Source of the DNA: a virus
Taxonomy: Duplodnaviria > Caudoviricetes
DNA: 53,970 bases
IMG/VR virus record: IMGVR_UViG_3300023171_000016
Location: 1 to 53,970 of that record
Strand: one strand, 5' to 3'
This document shows positions 15,034-24,208 of the stretch, one piece after another. The notes under the pieces were generated by a model. That model saw only the letters and a list, made by a program, of their open reading frames with translations. It was not told the origin of the DNA and did no database searches. Both the position numbers and the translations under genes were made by a program. How positions within the stretch are numbered: position 1 is the stretch's first letter; each line of letters starts with the position of its first letter.

Positions 15034-18000
15034 CTACAACAATTTGATATAATAAGTTACACTACCTGCCGCACCGTTTAAATAAATTGTTGAACTGCTG
15101 GCAGATAACAGGCGATTGAACGTAGTTGTAGTGAACACACCCGCAGAATATGCCACATCACCGCCTATTTGTGTGCCGCCGGAAGAAGTACCCACGCGGA
15201 TAGTTTCAGCCCCTACAGGCACTGCCGTAATGCTTACAAGCTGCATTAGTGCGGGTAGTGTGAATGTGGTGTTGCCTGTGGCGGTTACTGTTATTGTCGT
15301 GGCCGCCGTCCGTAGCTGGCCGGTAGATGGGTTGGCTAACACCATGTAATCCGTAGCAAGTCCGGCAGGTGTTGTAAGGCTACTAATTGCCGCGCTGCCT
15401 GTTACCTGTAGTTTGTTTGTACCATCGTCAGCCACTGCGCCTAAAATCCAGTTACCACTGCTCGGAATGTAGGCCCGAATGTTACCGGCACCATCTGCAA
15501 GTATAATATTATTGCTGCTGGCTGTTACATTCAGGCCCCCAGCATTACCGCTGTGACCGCCTGTAATTACATTGTTACTCCCGCTTACCATCGCTGAACC
15601 CGCGCCATATCCGAGAAAAACGCCATTAATACCTGTATAGTGCGCCCCTGTTGTTCCACTACCCGCACCAACACCCACCGCAACATTATTGTCCTGATCT
15701 GCAAACTGTAGAGCATTCACACCCACCGCCGTATTATCTATCACGCCCGTTGCTACAGTGCCATTCATTGCATTATGCCCTATGGCTGTGTTGCCGTTGC
15801 TGGTGGTAATGGCTCCAAGCGCGCCACTGCCTACTGCCGTATTGCCGCCGCTGCCACCTGTCGGGTTTGTAACCGCATCCATTGCGCTTGAACCGAATGT
15901 AGTTTGATTATTCCCGCTGGCAAGTACTGCCAATGTGTTCAACCCTACGCCTGTGTTCAGTGTATTACCGGACGCTCCGGAGCCTACACGAATACCATTT
16001 GCCACCTGTATGCCTAATGTGAACTGCCAAAAACCCGTTGTTACATTCGGAGTAGCAATCGCCGCACCAACCGTAGGCGTGATAGTAATCAACGTACTTC
16101 CAGCAGTAATGCTACTCACATACCCCCCCACAATAGAACTTGCACTATTCCCCGCAAAAGTTATCGCAGTAGTACCCATTGTAAACGGTGGTGCCGCTGT
16201 TTCGACTACCGATATAGCCGCCTGTGTACCTTCGCTTACTACTACCGCCGCACCTTGCAATATCAACCCGTCCGGTGAATGATTGTCGAAGTCTGTAGCC
16301 CTTGTGAGTACCCATGCCACGGCACCGCTGCCGACTGTCGTAACGGTGTATATGCCCTGCCTGAACCTGTTAGCTACCGCCTCGCTCCATACTAACACCC
16401 TGTCATTAACTGCCAGTGCAACGCCGTCAATGCTTAACGCTGCGAGTGTGCCGCTGTTTGTTAGTGTTGCACCTACTCCCGCCGCATTATTGTTGTATGT
16501 AGCCGTTAATGAAGCAGTAGTAGCAACACGTACCGCACGCTGAACGGGCGGCATGACGTATGCGCCGGAGGTTACACGGCCCTTGCTGTCGGTGGTGACA
16601 TTGTTGTATGTCCCTGCCGTTCCGGCCGCTGCAAGCGTAGGATTTGGATATGTCCCCGTAAGATCACCACCGGCCGAACCGGCTATAGTAGGCGCAACCG
16701 TAGTTACAGTAGTTGTGCGCCCATAAGCATCAACGGTTATTACCGGTATAGCTGTTGCGCTGCCTGTAGTAGCCGGTGTAGCATTTACTGTAACAAGGTC
16801 TAACACAGGATTTACGCCGCCTGTGCTGCTTATTCTGCCTGCTGTGCCGCTAACGCTGGTAACTTTATGATTAGCCAATGATCTTACTGCTGCCTGTGTC
16901 GGCGCAATTGAATTACTATTTCCTGACAGCGTTGTATCACATGCTAATGGCGCAGCTGGCTGTACAAATATCCTACCGTTTACCGTGCTATTCAGCGCAA
17001 TACCGACTATCATAGTATAGTATGGGTGCTTTGCCGGCACATTTGTAATCTGCCCTGCTACAGTATCAAGATACAATATGTCACCGTCCGAAAATGATGA
17101 AGTATTGAAGCCCATAACCGTGCCGAGTGTGGTAACAAATCCGGTAGTATTATCCGGTATGTTTTCCGTGGCTATGCCCACCATAAACGAGGTAGCCAGT
17201 GTTCGTGCATCTGCTAATGCTATTGTGGGATTGTTGCCAAGTGCATCATTTATATAAACCGCCTGCCCGTCCGTAATTGTTACGCCGGTATTGTTCCTTG
17301 CTCTGATGTGGTTTTCCTGTCCTACTTGTAATGTAACCTCATTATTTAGCGGTACAGATATTGTTTCATTCGTTGCATCCCAATACATTTGTCCGGTAGT
17401 CGTCAGTGATCCGGTTGGTGTCAGGTCAAGTACAACGCTGTTTGGCAAAATATTGTGTTCGCCTAAGTTTACATTATGTGTCGCACCATTATACGGGACT
17501 AAGCTATCCCGCAAAGATTGTGCGGTGTCTGCAAGAGCTAATGCTGCGGCTGCACGTACATCTGCTGCCGTGTCTGCTAATGCTGCATAAATGTGTGTAG
17601 TGTCAAAACTGCTCGGAATATTCGCTGCAACACTATCCACATACCGCCTGTTTGCAATAACGCCAGTGTCCACACGCACTGTACCGGTTGTTGTTATCGG
17701 GCCGCCTAATGTGCCGTAACCTGTAGCAACAATCGAAACTGTACCCTTCCCATTAATAGCCGTATAAATATTCGTCCGGCTTGTATCTGCCCTGAAATTG
17801 GTATAAAACGTAGCACTATCACCACTACCGCCACCGCCTGCCGGTACAGCAAAAATAACCTTACCATTCGCATCAGTCGTTAAAAACCGTGCAGCATTAG
17901 TATTAGTATATGCACCCAATTTTAGAACGCCTAAAGTGCGGCTGGTATCAGTCGTGCGGCTGGTAGCCCCGAAACTGTAAGTGATCTGCCCATAAGTAAC

Positions 18001-18054
18001 AGACGACAACAGGCACAATGCCATTAAAAACAGTACTAATTTTAAAATCCTCAT
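15034..18054 (-). CDS. 1006-aa mosaic fibre/adhesin-like protein with signal peptide
   Basis: T/G/A-rich; ITVDAYGR and VTTDSKGRV fibre motifs; GDLTGTYPNP; IDGVALAVNDRVLV module; NTAVG beta-roll repeats. Confidence 0.8.
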   Translation of the reverse strand: MRILKLVLFLMALCLLSSVTYGQITYSFGATSRTTDTSRTLGVLKLGAYTNTNAARFLTTDANGKVIFAVPAGGGGSGDSATFYTNFRADTSRTNIYTAINGKGTVSIVATGYGTLGGPITTTGTVRVDTGVIANRRYVDSVAANIPSSFDTTHIYAALADTAADVRAAAALALADTAQSLRDSLVPYNGATHNVNLGEHNILPNSVVLDLTPTGSLTTTGQMYWDATNETISVPLNNEVTLQVGQENHIRARNNTGVTITDGQAVYINDALGNNPTIALADARTLATSFMVGIATENIPDNTTGFVTTLGTVMGFNTSSFSDGDILYLDTVAGQITNVPAKHPYYTMIVGIALNSTVNGRIFVQPAAPLACDTTLSGNSNSIAPTQAAVRSLANHKVTSVSGTAGRISSTGGVNPVLDLVTVNATPATTGSATAIPVITVDAYGRTTTVTTVAPTIAGSAGGDLTGTYPNPTLAAAGTAGTYNNVTTDSKGRVTSGAYVMPPVQRAVRVATTASLTATYNNNAAGVGATLTNSGTLAALSIDGVALAVNDRVLVWSEAVANRFRQGIYTVTTVGSGAVAWVLTRATDFDNHSPDGLILQGAAVVVSEGTQAAISVVETAAPPFTMGTTAITFAGNSASSIVGGYVSSITAGSTLITITPTVGAAIATPNVTTGFWQFTLGIQVANGIRVGSGASGNTLNTGVGLNTLAVLASGNNQTTFGSSAMDAVTNPTGGSGGNTAVGSGALGAITTSNGNTAIGHNAMNGTVATGVIDNTAVGVNALQFADQDNNVAVGVGAGSGTTGAHYTGINGVFLGYGAGSAMVSGSNNVITGGHSGNAGGLNVTASSNNIILADGAGNIRAYIPSSGNWILGAVADDGTNKLQVTGSAAISSLTTPAGLATDYMVLANPSTGQLRTAATTITVTATGNTTFTLPALMQLVSITAVPVGAETIRVGTSSGGTQIGGDVAYSAGVFTTTTFNRLLSASSSTIYLNGAAGSVTYYIKLL

Positions 18055-18569
18055 GCCTGTGCGAATATTGTTTGCCCGTTAAAAAATCCGAATGAAATAG
18101 CTGTGATAGTAGCCCCTGACTGCGTGAAACCTACGTCACGTAAATAGGTTTGATTCTCTGTAGATATGGCCTGAATTTCGTGCAGCGCAAAGAACGCATC
18201 CGTGTATTCCTGTCCGTCAACGTCAACTATAATTAGCTTGTTTGCGCCTGCTTCGGGGTTAGGTGTAATGTTGTTGCCCATACCTAATGTCATGTGCATA
18301 TTCAACTTATAGCAGGTGTCATTTACTAATTCTCCATCACTGTCAAATATGGTCATTACGTGCAGGTAAGATGAATTTAATGTATTAGGCAATACTATAG
18401 GTTCATCAGCAACCACAGCTATAACAGACGTTTTAAACGCACCGTTAAATTCTATCCTTACTGTGTAGTTACCGCTTTCGGTCAATACTATACCGGTATT
18501 TATTCCGGTGTCGCATGGATTAACGTACAAGTTTATGCACTCATTTATTGTACAGGCTGGACAACTCAT
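18051..18569 (-). CDS. putative structural protein (MSCPAC...)
   Basis: Coupled ORF in the late operon; start revised. Confidence 0.7.
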   Translation of the reverse strand: MSCPACTINECINLYVNPCDTGINTGIVLTESGNYTVRIEFNGAFKTSVIAVVADEPIVLPNTLNSSYLHVMTIFDSDGELVNDTCYKLNMHMTLGMGNNITPNPEAGANKLIIVDVDGQEYTDAFFALHEIQAISTENQTYLRDVGFTQSGATITAISFGFFNGQTIFAQA

Positions 18570-18925
18570 TTTTGATTGTATGTAAGGGTGAAAAAACCTG
18601 CAAGGGATGCAATGAACCAAAATAATAACAGCCACACCGCGCTACCTGCTGCACCTAAAGGCCATTGAGTAAACAACTGCATGCCAAAAACGTATAAAGG
18701 CATATACGGCAATACCCACCACCACGATGTACACTGCTCACAGCCACCAAATACCTTTTCCAGCATTGAGCCTCGCTTATACAGCGCATCCATTGCACAC
18801 TGCCACTTACCACCGGTAATAACATCTAAAAGCCCGTTTGTCTGCATTGCGCCCCACATGAATTTAATGAAGCCCATGTAACCAAGCACAAATAAACCGG
18901 ATAGTACTATAAATTTTGTTTCCAT
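18566..18925 (-). CDS. membrane protein, DUF1360-like
   Basis: TM segments and a CEQCTSWW motif. Confidence 0.6.
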   Translation of the reverse strand: METKFIVLSGLFVLGYMGFIKFMWGAMQTNGLLDVITGGKWQCAMDALYKRGSMLEKVFGGCEQCTSWWWVLPYMPLYVFGMQLFTQWPLGAAGSAVWLLLFWFIASLAGFFTLTYNQK

Positions 18926-18927
18926 AA

Positions 18928-19464
18928 CTAACAATTTTTGCAGGGATTTTGAATGCACCTTAGTGCCTTATAAACGTATGGTATCGTATAGGTGAAGCTG
19001 ATTGAAACAACCTGCATATTTTCAGGTAATCGCTGTAGTGCGTTTACCCTGTCGCTGTCCGGTATCTTGATTAACTCCTGTAGTATCGCGCCGGCACCCC
19101 AATTTGCTTTCGTGTATCGGAAGTTGCCTTTACAGTAGTTGGCAAGCGTAGATAACAGATTTTCGAGCAACAATGTTTCATCAGCATCGCGCACGCACGA
19201 CACTAAAACAAGGTCGTATTTAATACCTATGCTACCTGCCATATCAGCTATAACGTTGCTGTTGCTGGTATCAAACTGCGCCGTATGCGGGTATCGTATG
19301 TAGAAGTAGTTTCCATATTCGTCAGATGGGAATATACGTTCATACCCATCGTTCACTACGCCTATAATTTCATCTTGTTCAGCGAACGGGAAATATTTAT
19401 CAAAGTAGGTGTTATTCTCCTTTATGAAGTCAGCTACAGCCGTTATGTGTTCTGTTATCGTCAT
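18928..19464 (-). CDS. putative tail terminator/completion protein
   Basis: Size and position after the neck gene; function inferred. Confidence 0.55.
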   Translation of the reverse strand: MTITEHITAVADFIKENNTYFDKYFPFAEQDEIIGVVNDGYERIFPSDEYGNYFYIRYPHTAQFDTSNSNVIADMAGSIGIKYDLVLVSCVRDADETLLLENLLSTLANYCKGNFRYTKANWGAGAILQELIKIPDSDRVNALQRLPENMQVVSISFTYTIPYVYKALRCIQNPCKNC

Positions 19465-20165
19465 TGCCCTATATTTACACCTAATGTTTCCCCTTCTAAT
19501 ATAATTCCTACCGTCAACCGTTTCAGGGAAAATAAAGCCCTTTTTTCAAATTCTTCTATTTCTGATGCCGAGGCCTGCAAAAATACACCTCTTCCTGCCA
19601 TTTTACCCGTACCGTATGCCTGCCCATTATACACATCCGCGCTACGTTGTGTGGTAAGTCCCAAAACAATTGCATCGCCCTGCCTGCCCTCTTGATAATC
19701 ATTAAGCATTTGGCCGCCGTAGCTCATGTTTGTTATGTCTGTGCGCAATCCCTGAATATCCCTTAGTTCTTTATATCCACCCGGCAGATACATTGATTTG
19801 CGCTGCTGGTAGTTTTTGCGTACTAATATCGGATTGTACAGCCCTTTTTTTGTCGGCTCTAACTTACCCTTACGCAGCTTGTTTATCGTGTAGGTGTCTA
19901 ACGTAATGTCATTCGCACTGGTCTTGCCATACCCAAAGAACCCACCGCCCACAAACTGGCTTTGCGCGGCATACATTTGCTTAGTACTGTACTTACGCAA
20001 CTGGCTGCCGTCTGTAGCTTCGCCTTTATTTTTCACCCTGTTACGGATAGCCAGCAACAAACCTGCTGCCGCTGGTGCAATGGCAAGGTCAACCAAATCA
20101 CCACCGACTAAGGTAGCGTTAAGGTTTTCTAGCCGTTCCATCAATGTCGCGAGCGTTACTGTCAT
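19461..20165 (-). CDS. putative neck/virion morphogenesis protein
   Basis: IRNRV...G...YS...GGYKELR..QG...NMSYGGQM basic pattern. Confidence 0.6.
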   Translation of the reverse strand: MTVTLATLMERLENLNATLVGGDLVDLAIAPAAAGLLLAIRNRVKNKGEATDGSQLRKYSTKQMYAAQSQFVGGGFFGYGKTSANDITLDTYTINKLRKGKLEPTKKGLYNPILVRKNYQQRKSMYLPGGYKELRDIQGLRTDITNMSYGGQMLNDYQEGRQGDAIVLGLTTQRSADVYNGQAYGTGKMAGRGVFLQASASEIEEFEKRALFSLKRLTVGIILEGETLGVNIGQ

Positions 20166-21136
20166 ATGTTTGTCATTACTACAATTCCCCTGCAATTAAG
20201 GCATTCGTCCTGATATTGTTTAAGCATTTCAAATAGTCCCCCTTCAATCATAGCACTGAATTTGGACGTGTATTTGCCCTGTAATTCCGGTAGGTAGTAT
20301 TTTTGTATATCCTCCCTGTTGTATGTCGTCCAGCTATTCCACCGGTTAGACTTGTACATTTCTTCATACACCATTTCCTGCCACTTCAACCATATCAATT
20401 CACCCATAAATGCGCGGGAAAAATTGCACATCAATGCTTCATAATCGCACTCACAAACAAACTGAATATTAAGCCCGTACCCGTTCGACCTTACGGCTCC
20501 ATCGCCATCGTAACCCTGTGCGCTGCCGCATGGGTTTTTACTGCCACTACACCCATCTTTGCAGGTTATCACGCTTGACCCAAAATGAATGGTTGTGTTA
20601 TCTACGCGAACCAAAATAGTATGATTCTGCGCTGTGTATTCGATGTTGAATGTGTTAAGCTGGTTAGCTACAAAAGTAACATCTACATACGTGCTTATCT
20701 CTATCCCGTTGTTGTAGTCGGTAATGAGTATTTGCCCATCACCGGACACCAACGGGAAACATTGTATTTTCTTTATTTTCAGCTTACGTAAGCCGCCCCG
20801 TGTAGTTCTTCCTTTGAGTACCTGTCCCCTGTACCCGTCATATGTACCGGTGTCCTCCGTGGTATTGAAGTATGCCGTATCGTATAGCCTTTCTGTTAGT
20901 GTGCTGGCAATGTTGTTAGCCTGCAACACGCCTATGAAGTCATTTCTTACGGTAATAATAGCTGTTTCTTTCTTAGCGTTGAACATTGCAACGCCTGTAC
21001 CGTACTGCTCCGTGGCAATCTTGTTACCATTGAGCGGTGACATACCCGGTGCATTCATCAGCGTTAACCCGCTGGTGCTTGTTTCATCTTCACAAAGTCC
21101 GAGTGAAACAACGTCATTAAGGCAAGATACAAGCAT
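20162..21136 (-). CDS. putative head-tail adaptor/structural protein, Cys-rich
   Basis: Follows the capsid gene; start moved to MLVSCL after TACTTTTA (21144-21151). Confidence 0.6.
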   Translation of the reverse strand: MLVSCLNDVVSLGLCEDETSTSGLTLMNAPGMSPLNGNKIATEQYGTGVAMFNAKKETAIITVRNDFIGVLQANNIASTLTERLYDTAYFNTTEDTGTYDGYRGQVLKGRTTRGGLRKLKIKKIQCFPLVSGDGQILITDYNNGIEISTYVDVTFVANQLNTFNIEYTAQNHTILVRVDNTTIHFGSSVITCKDGCSGSKNPCGSAQGYDGDGAVRSNGYGLNIQFVCECDYEALMCNFSRAFMGELIWLKWQEMVYEEMYKSNRWNSWTTYNREDIQKYYLPELQGKYTSKFSAMIEGGLFEMLKQYQDECLNCRGIVVMTNI

Positions 21137-21150
21137 ATTGCTATAAAAGT

Positions 21151-21188
21151 AAAACAGGGGTGCAGGCATGAACCCACACCCCTGTTTT
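21151..21188 (-). terminator. Terminator after the capsid gene
   Basis: AAAACAGGGGTG...CACCCCTGTTTT inverted repeat. Confidence 0.75.
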
Positions 21189-21208
21189 GGGTTAGTTAAA
21201 AATTGCTA

Positions 21209-22564
21209 TTACGCTGTGAATGTAAACGCTGTGTCGTTGATGTTACCTGCCAGTGCAGTGTAACCGCTGTACTGTATGTTCACGCCGTTCAGGGTGAATG
21301 TTACACCGCTGTAGCTTGCATTGAACAGGGCAACAAGTGCCGTATCATTGGCAACCGATACATTCGGGTAAGACTGCTGTCCGCCGATGTTGAGGTTCGT
21401 TACTGTGAACGGATAGCTGAACGCGGGGTTATAGCTGAAAGTGTCTTCTTCTACTACAGGGCTAAGTGCTGTGCCGGTTGGGCAGTTAGGCACTACGATA
21501 GGACATGTGCGGTAAAGCATGATGCCGTTGATACCTTCGGCGTTACAAACCTGTATAGGTGTATAAAGTATGTCCCAGTTAAGCTCGAAATGCCAGTCAT
21601 AGCGGCCTGTATAGCTGCCTTCTACGCACGGGGTGTAGTGCATATAGAAGTCCCACAGAATATCGTAGTTCGGGCTTTTGAATGTGGTACGCACTACTGT
21701 TTCTGTGCCCATCTTCATCAGAGAATCGAAGCCCGTGGCCCAGTCAGTGATGTTGGTAGCCCACATACCGGCGTTCCTGTTCCAGCTCACGAACTTCAAC
21801 GCTTCCGGCGTGAATGTGAGTATGTATTCAGGGTCGGTCGGCCCTACACCCATTATGGTGTTCAGGTTCACATCATAGTACAGGTTGGCGATTGCCAGCG
21901 ATGCGAAGTTTTGGCCCAGTGTGGTATTGGCTGTTGCAATCTCGCTTGCCTTGCGCCAGTAGAACACCTCAGTTTTACCAATGTAGAACGTATTGACATA
22001 GGCAAGGTCTGTTTGTTCCAGCTCTATCTGCCAGAAACCCATCGGGGTCATCAGTCCGTTAGTTGTGTTGCTGGCTGTTACACGTGCGCCGAACTCAGAG
22101 CCATCAGCATGTACACCCTTGTGGGCGATAATGTCTGTGAGTATCTGTATATCCAGTTCCTTTTCCAGCGCGCCAAGGATAGTGGCTATCTGTATGCGGC
22201 CGTGGTCTTGTATCTGAAAGTCACCATCTACATAACGGAGCTGGTCAGGGTACAGGCTGTATGTCTTGCTTTTCAGCAGCTTGTTTATCGTGTAGAAGTT
22301 CTGTATTGGTGCCTGCTCAGTGCCGGGCGCACACAGGTTTATCGAAGTATCTTCACTTACCACATCGCACTGTATAGGGTAGTAAGACACTTTCAGTTGG
22401 CGCAGCTTGCCGGGGCCGTCAAGGAAATCGCCGGAAACTTCGCGTATAGTGCTATTCAGGTCACGGGCATTCAGTACGGCCCTTATGCCTTCAAATATCG
22501 GGGTTCTGTATTTCTGGTCATAAAGAAATTTCTGAATTGCCCTGCCTGCATTTAAAAATGACAT
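21209..22564 (-). CDS. putative major capsid protein (C-terminal beta-rich extension)
   Basis: 451 aa, follows the scaffold, has its own promoter and terminator. Confidence 0.7.
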   Translation of the reverse strand: MSFLNAGRAIQKFLYDQKYRTPIFEGIRAVLNARDLNSTIREVSGDFLDGPGKLRQLKVSYYPIQCDVVSEDTSINLCAPGTEQAPIQNFYTINKLLKSKTYSLYPDQLRYVDGDFQIQDHGRIQIATILGALEKELDIQILTDIIAHKGVHADGSEFGARVTASNTTNGLMTPMGFWQIELEQTDLAYVNTFYIGKTEVFYWRKASEIATANTTLGQNFASLAIANLYYDVNLNTIMGVGPTDPEYILTFTPEALKFVSWNRNAGMWATNITDWATGFDSLMKMGTETVVRTTFKSPNYDILWDFYMHYTPCVEGSYTGRYDWHFELNWDILYTPIQVCNAEGINGIMLYRTCPIVVPNCPTGTALSPVVEEDTFSYNPAFSYPFTVTNLNIGGQQSYPNVSVANDTALVALFNASYSGVTFTLNGVNIQYSGYTALAGNINDTAFTFTA

Positions 22565-22801
22565 GTTGTCAGTAATTTAAGAGGTTAATAAAAGATTGAT
22601 ATTAACCTCTTGCTGTTAGGCTCGGTTCAGCCTGCAACGCGTTACGGATAGGTGCGTGAAACCTGCAATGGTTTTAGGAGTGACCATGAACACGGTGTAA
22701 AAGTATGTAAGCGTTTTGATATAGCAAAATAAAAATAAAAAAACCCACACATTGCTGTGTGGGCCTGTCGTGGTTCACTGGTTATGGCACAGCGGCCCAC
22801 A

Positions 22802-23662
22802 CTACGCTGGAATGCCTAAATACTCCATAAGGTTGCTCTCTGCCTGCTGGTTTGGCGACATCATGTTACCATCAGCCCCTTTAACAAAGTGGTCTTTCGG
22901 CTTTGCTATTGCCTCCGCCGGATTTACGGCCCTGTTGTCTTCGTTCCACTGCATCCGGTCTACGTGGTATTGTTTCTGTATGTCGGCAAGTTTAACCTGC
23001 TGCGAACGGGCATCATTCAGCGCGAGGTTATTCGGGTTGTTTTTTTCGTACAACACTATATCCTTACCGTCCTCTGTCAGCTTCACAGTAAAGTTGCCGT
23101 GCAAATACTGCTCAAAATCTGATTGCAGTATATCTTTTTTCGCCTTCGGGTCAATCCCCTTAGCATTCGCGTACAACTGTCCCAGCACATTTTTAATGCC
23201 GAAAGAAGCTATTTTCTGCTGAAACTCTTGTTCTTTAGCAGTTAGCGTACCCTTTACTGCTTCCAGTTCCTTGGCATGGTTAGACATTACCTCTTGTAGC
23301 TGCTGTGCTGCCGTGTCCTTGTCCGTTCCGAGGCTCTTGGCGTAATGCTGAACGGCCAAACGTGTGGCTTCTTTACCGTCCTTGCCTTCTATTTCTGCTG
23401 CGGGTATGCCGGTAAGCTCTATGAGCGTTTTTTTATGTGCGGCGGTTATCTTTCCGGACACTTTACCGTTAATTTCGCCTTCCAGTACGCCCCTTAGTTT
23501 CTGCTCTATTATCGGGCTACGGTTCGCATCAACAAGGCTCAATATTTCATCCTCATTGTATGCCGTTTCTGCATTATCGTCCGCAACAAGGTCTACGTCC
23601 TCCCCTGTTAACTTGCTGTACGCTTGCTGTAATTGTTTTGCTGTTAATTTGCGCTGTGCCAT
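22802..23662 (-). CDS. putative capsid scaffolding protein
   Basis: Charged helical 286-aa protein between portal and capsid. Confidence 0.65.
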   Translation of the reverse strand: MAQRKLTAKQLQQAYSKLTGEDVDLVADDNAETAYNEDEILSLVDANRSPIIEQKLRGVLEGEINGKVSGKITAAHKKTLIELTGIPAAEIEGKDGKEATRLAVQHYAKSLGTDKDTAAQQLQEVMSNHAKELEAVKGTLTAKEQEFQQKIASFGIKNVLGQLYANAKGIDPKAKKDILQSDFEQYLHGNFTVKLTEDGKDIVLYEKNNPNNLALNDARSQQVKLADIQKQYHVDRMQWNEDNRAVNPAEAIAKPKDHFVKGADGNMMSPNQQAESNLMEYLGIPA

Positions 23663-23665
23663 ATG

Positions 23666-23854
23666 CTACTTTTTTTTTAAAGTGAAATTTTCCCGTTTAC
23701 TATATACCCTGTCCCACATTTCCTGAGTGACTACCATTGAGCCGCTACCCGATACTTCTACTTCTACATATCCGGCTTCAAGTACTGTTTCACTTGAATG
23801 CGTTACTACCGTGGGCTGTAGTACGGGTTGTAGTACTTTTTTGTTGTCTTTCAT
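23666..23854 (-). CDS. hypothetical protein
   Basis: 62 aa, coupled. Confidence 0.6.
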   Translation of the reverse strand: MKDNKKVLQPVLQPTVVTHSSETVLEAGYVEVEVSGSGSMVVTQEMWDRVYSKRENFTLKKK

Positions 23855-23855
23855 G

Positions 23856-24197
23856 CTATCCGAGTTTAAATTGTGTGGGATAACGCTTTACCATGCTTTC
23901 GGCGCGTTTCTTGCTCATAAGCGAACCTTTACCACCGGATATGGGTACAAGACGCGCTTTTTCGGCTGTGTTGCCGCTGGCCGGCGCGGGGGTGTCCAAT
24001 GAAGGTTGCAATATATGCTTTACGGGCCTTAGTACCGGCTTTGTCGCGGTAACATCCGTGTGTGCTTTACCCTTTTGTTCTTCCACAAGGATGTTAAACC
24101 CCTGCTCACTTAGCCCCATCAACAGCAGTTGGTGCGGGTCTGTAATGGATGGGTTTTTGTCCATCAGTTCTTTGTCTTTGGTTGTTAGCTTTGCCAT
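23856..24197 (-). CDS. hypothetical protein
   Basis: 113 aa, coupled. Confidence 0.65.
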   Translation of the reverse strand: MAKLTTKDKELMDKNPSITDPHQLLLMGLSEQGFNILVEEQKGKAHTDVTATKPVLRPVKHILQPSLDTPAPASGNTAEKARLVPISGGKGSLMSKKRAESMVKRYPTQFKLG

Positions 24198-24208
24198 AAT
24201 CGATTTTT

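Noticed and set aside
21203-22555. 450-aa + strand ORF
   Set aside because: Antisense shadow of the capsid gene with implausible composition.
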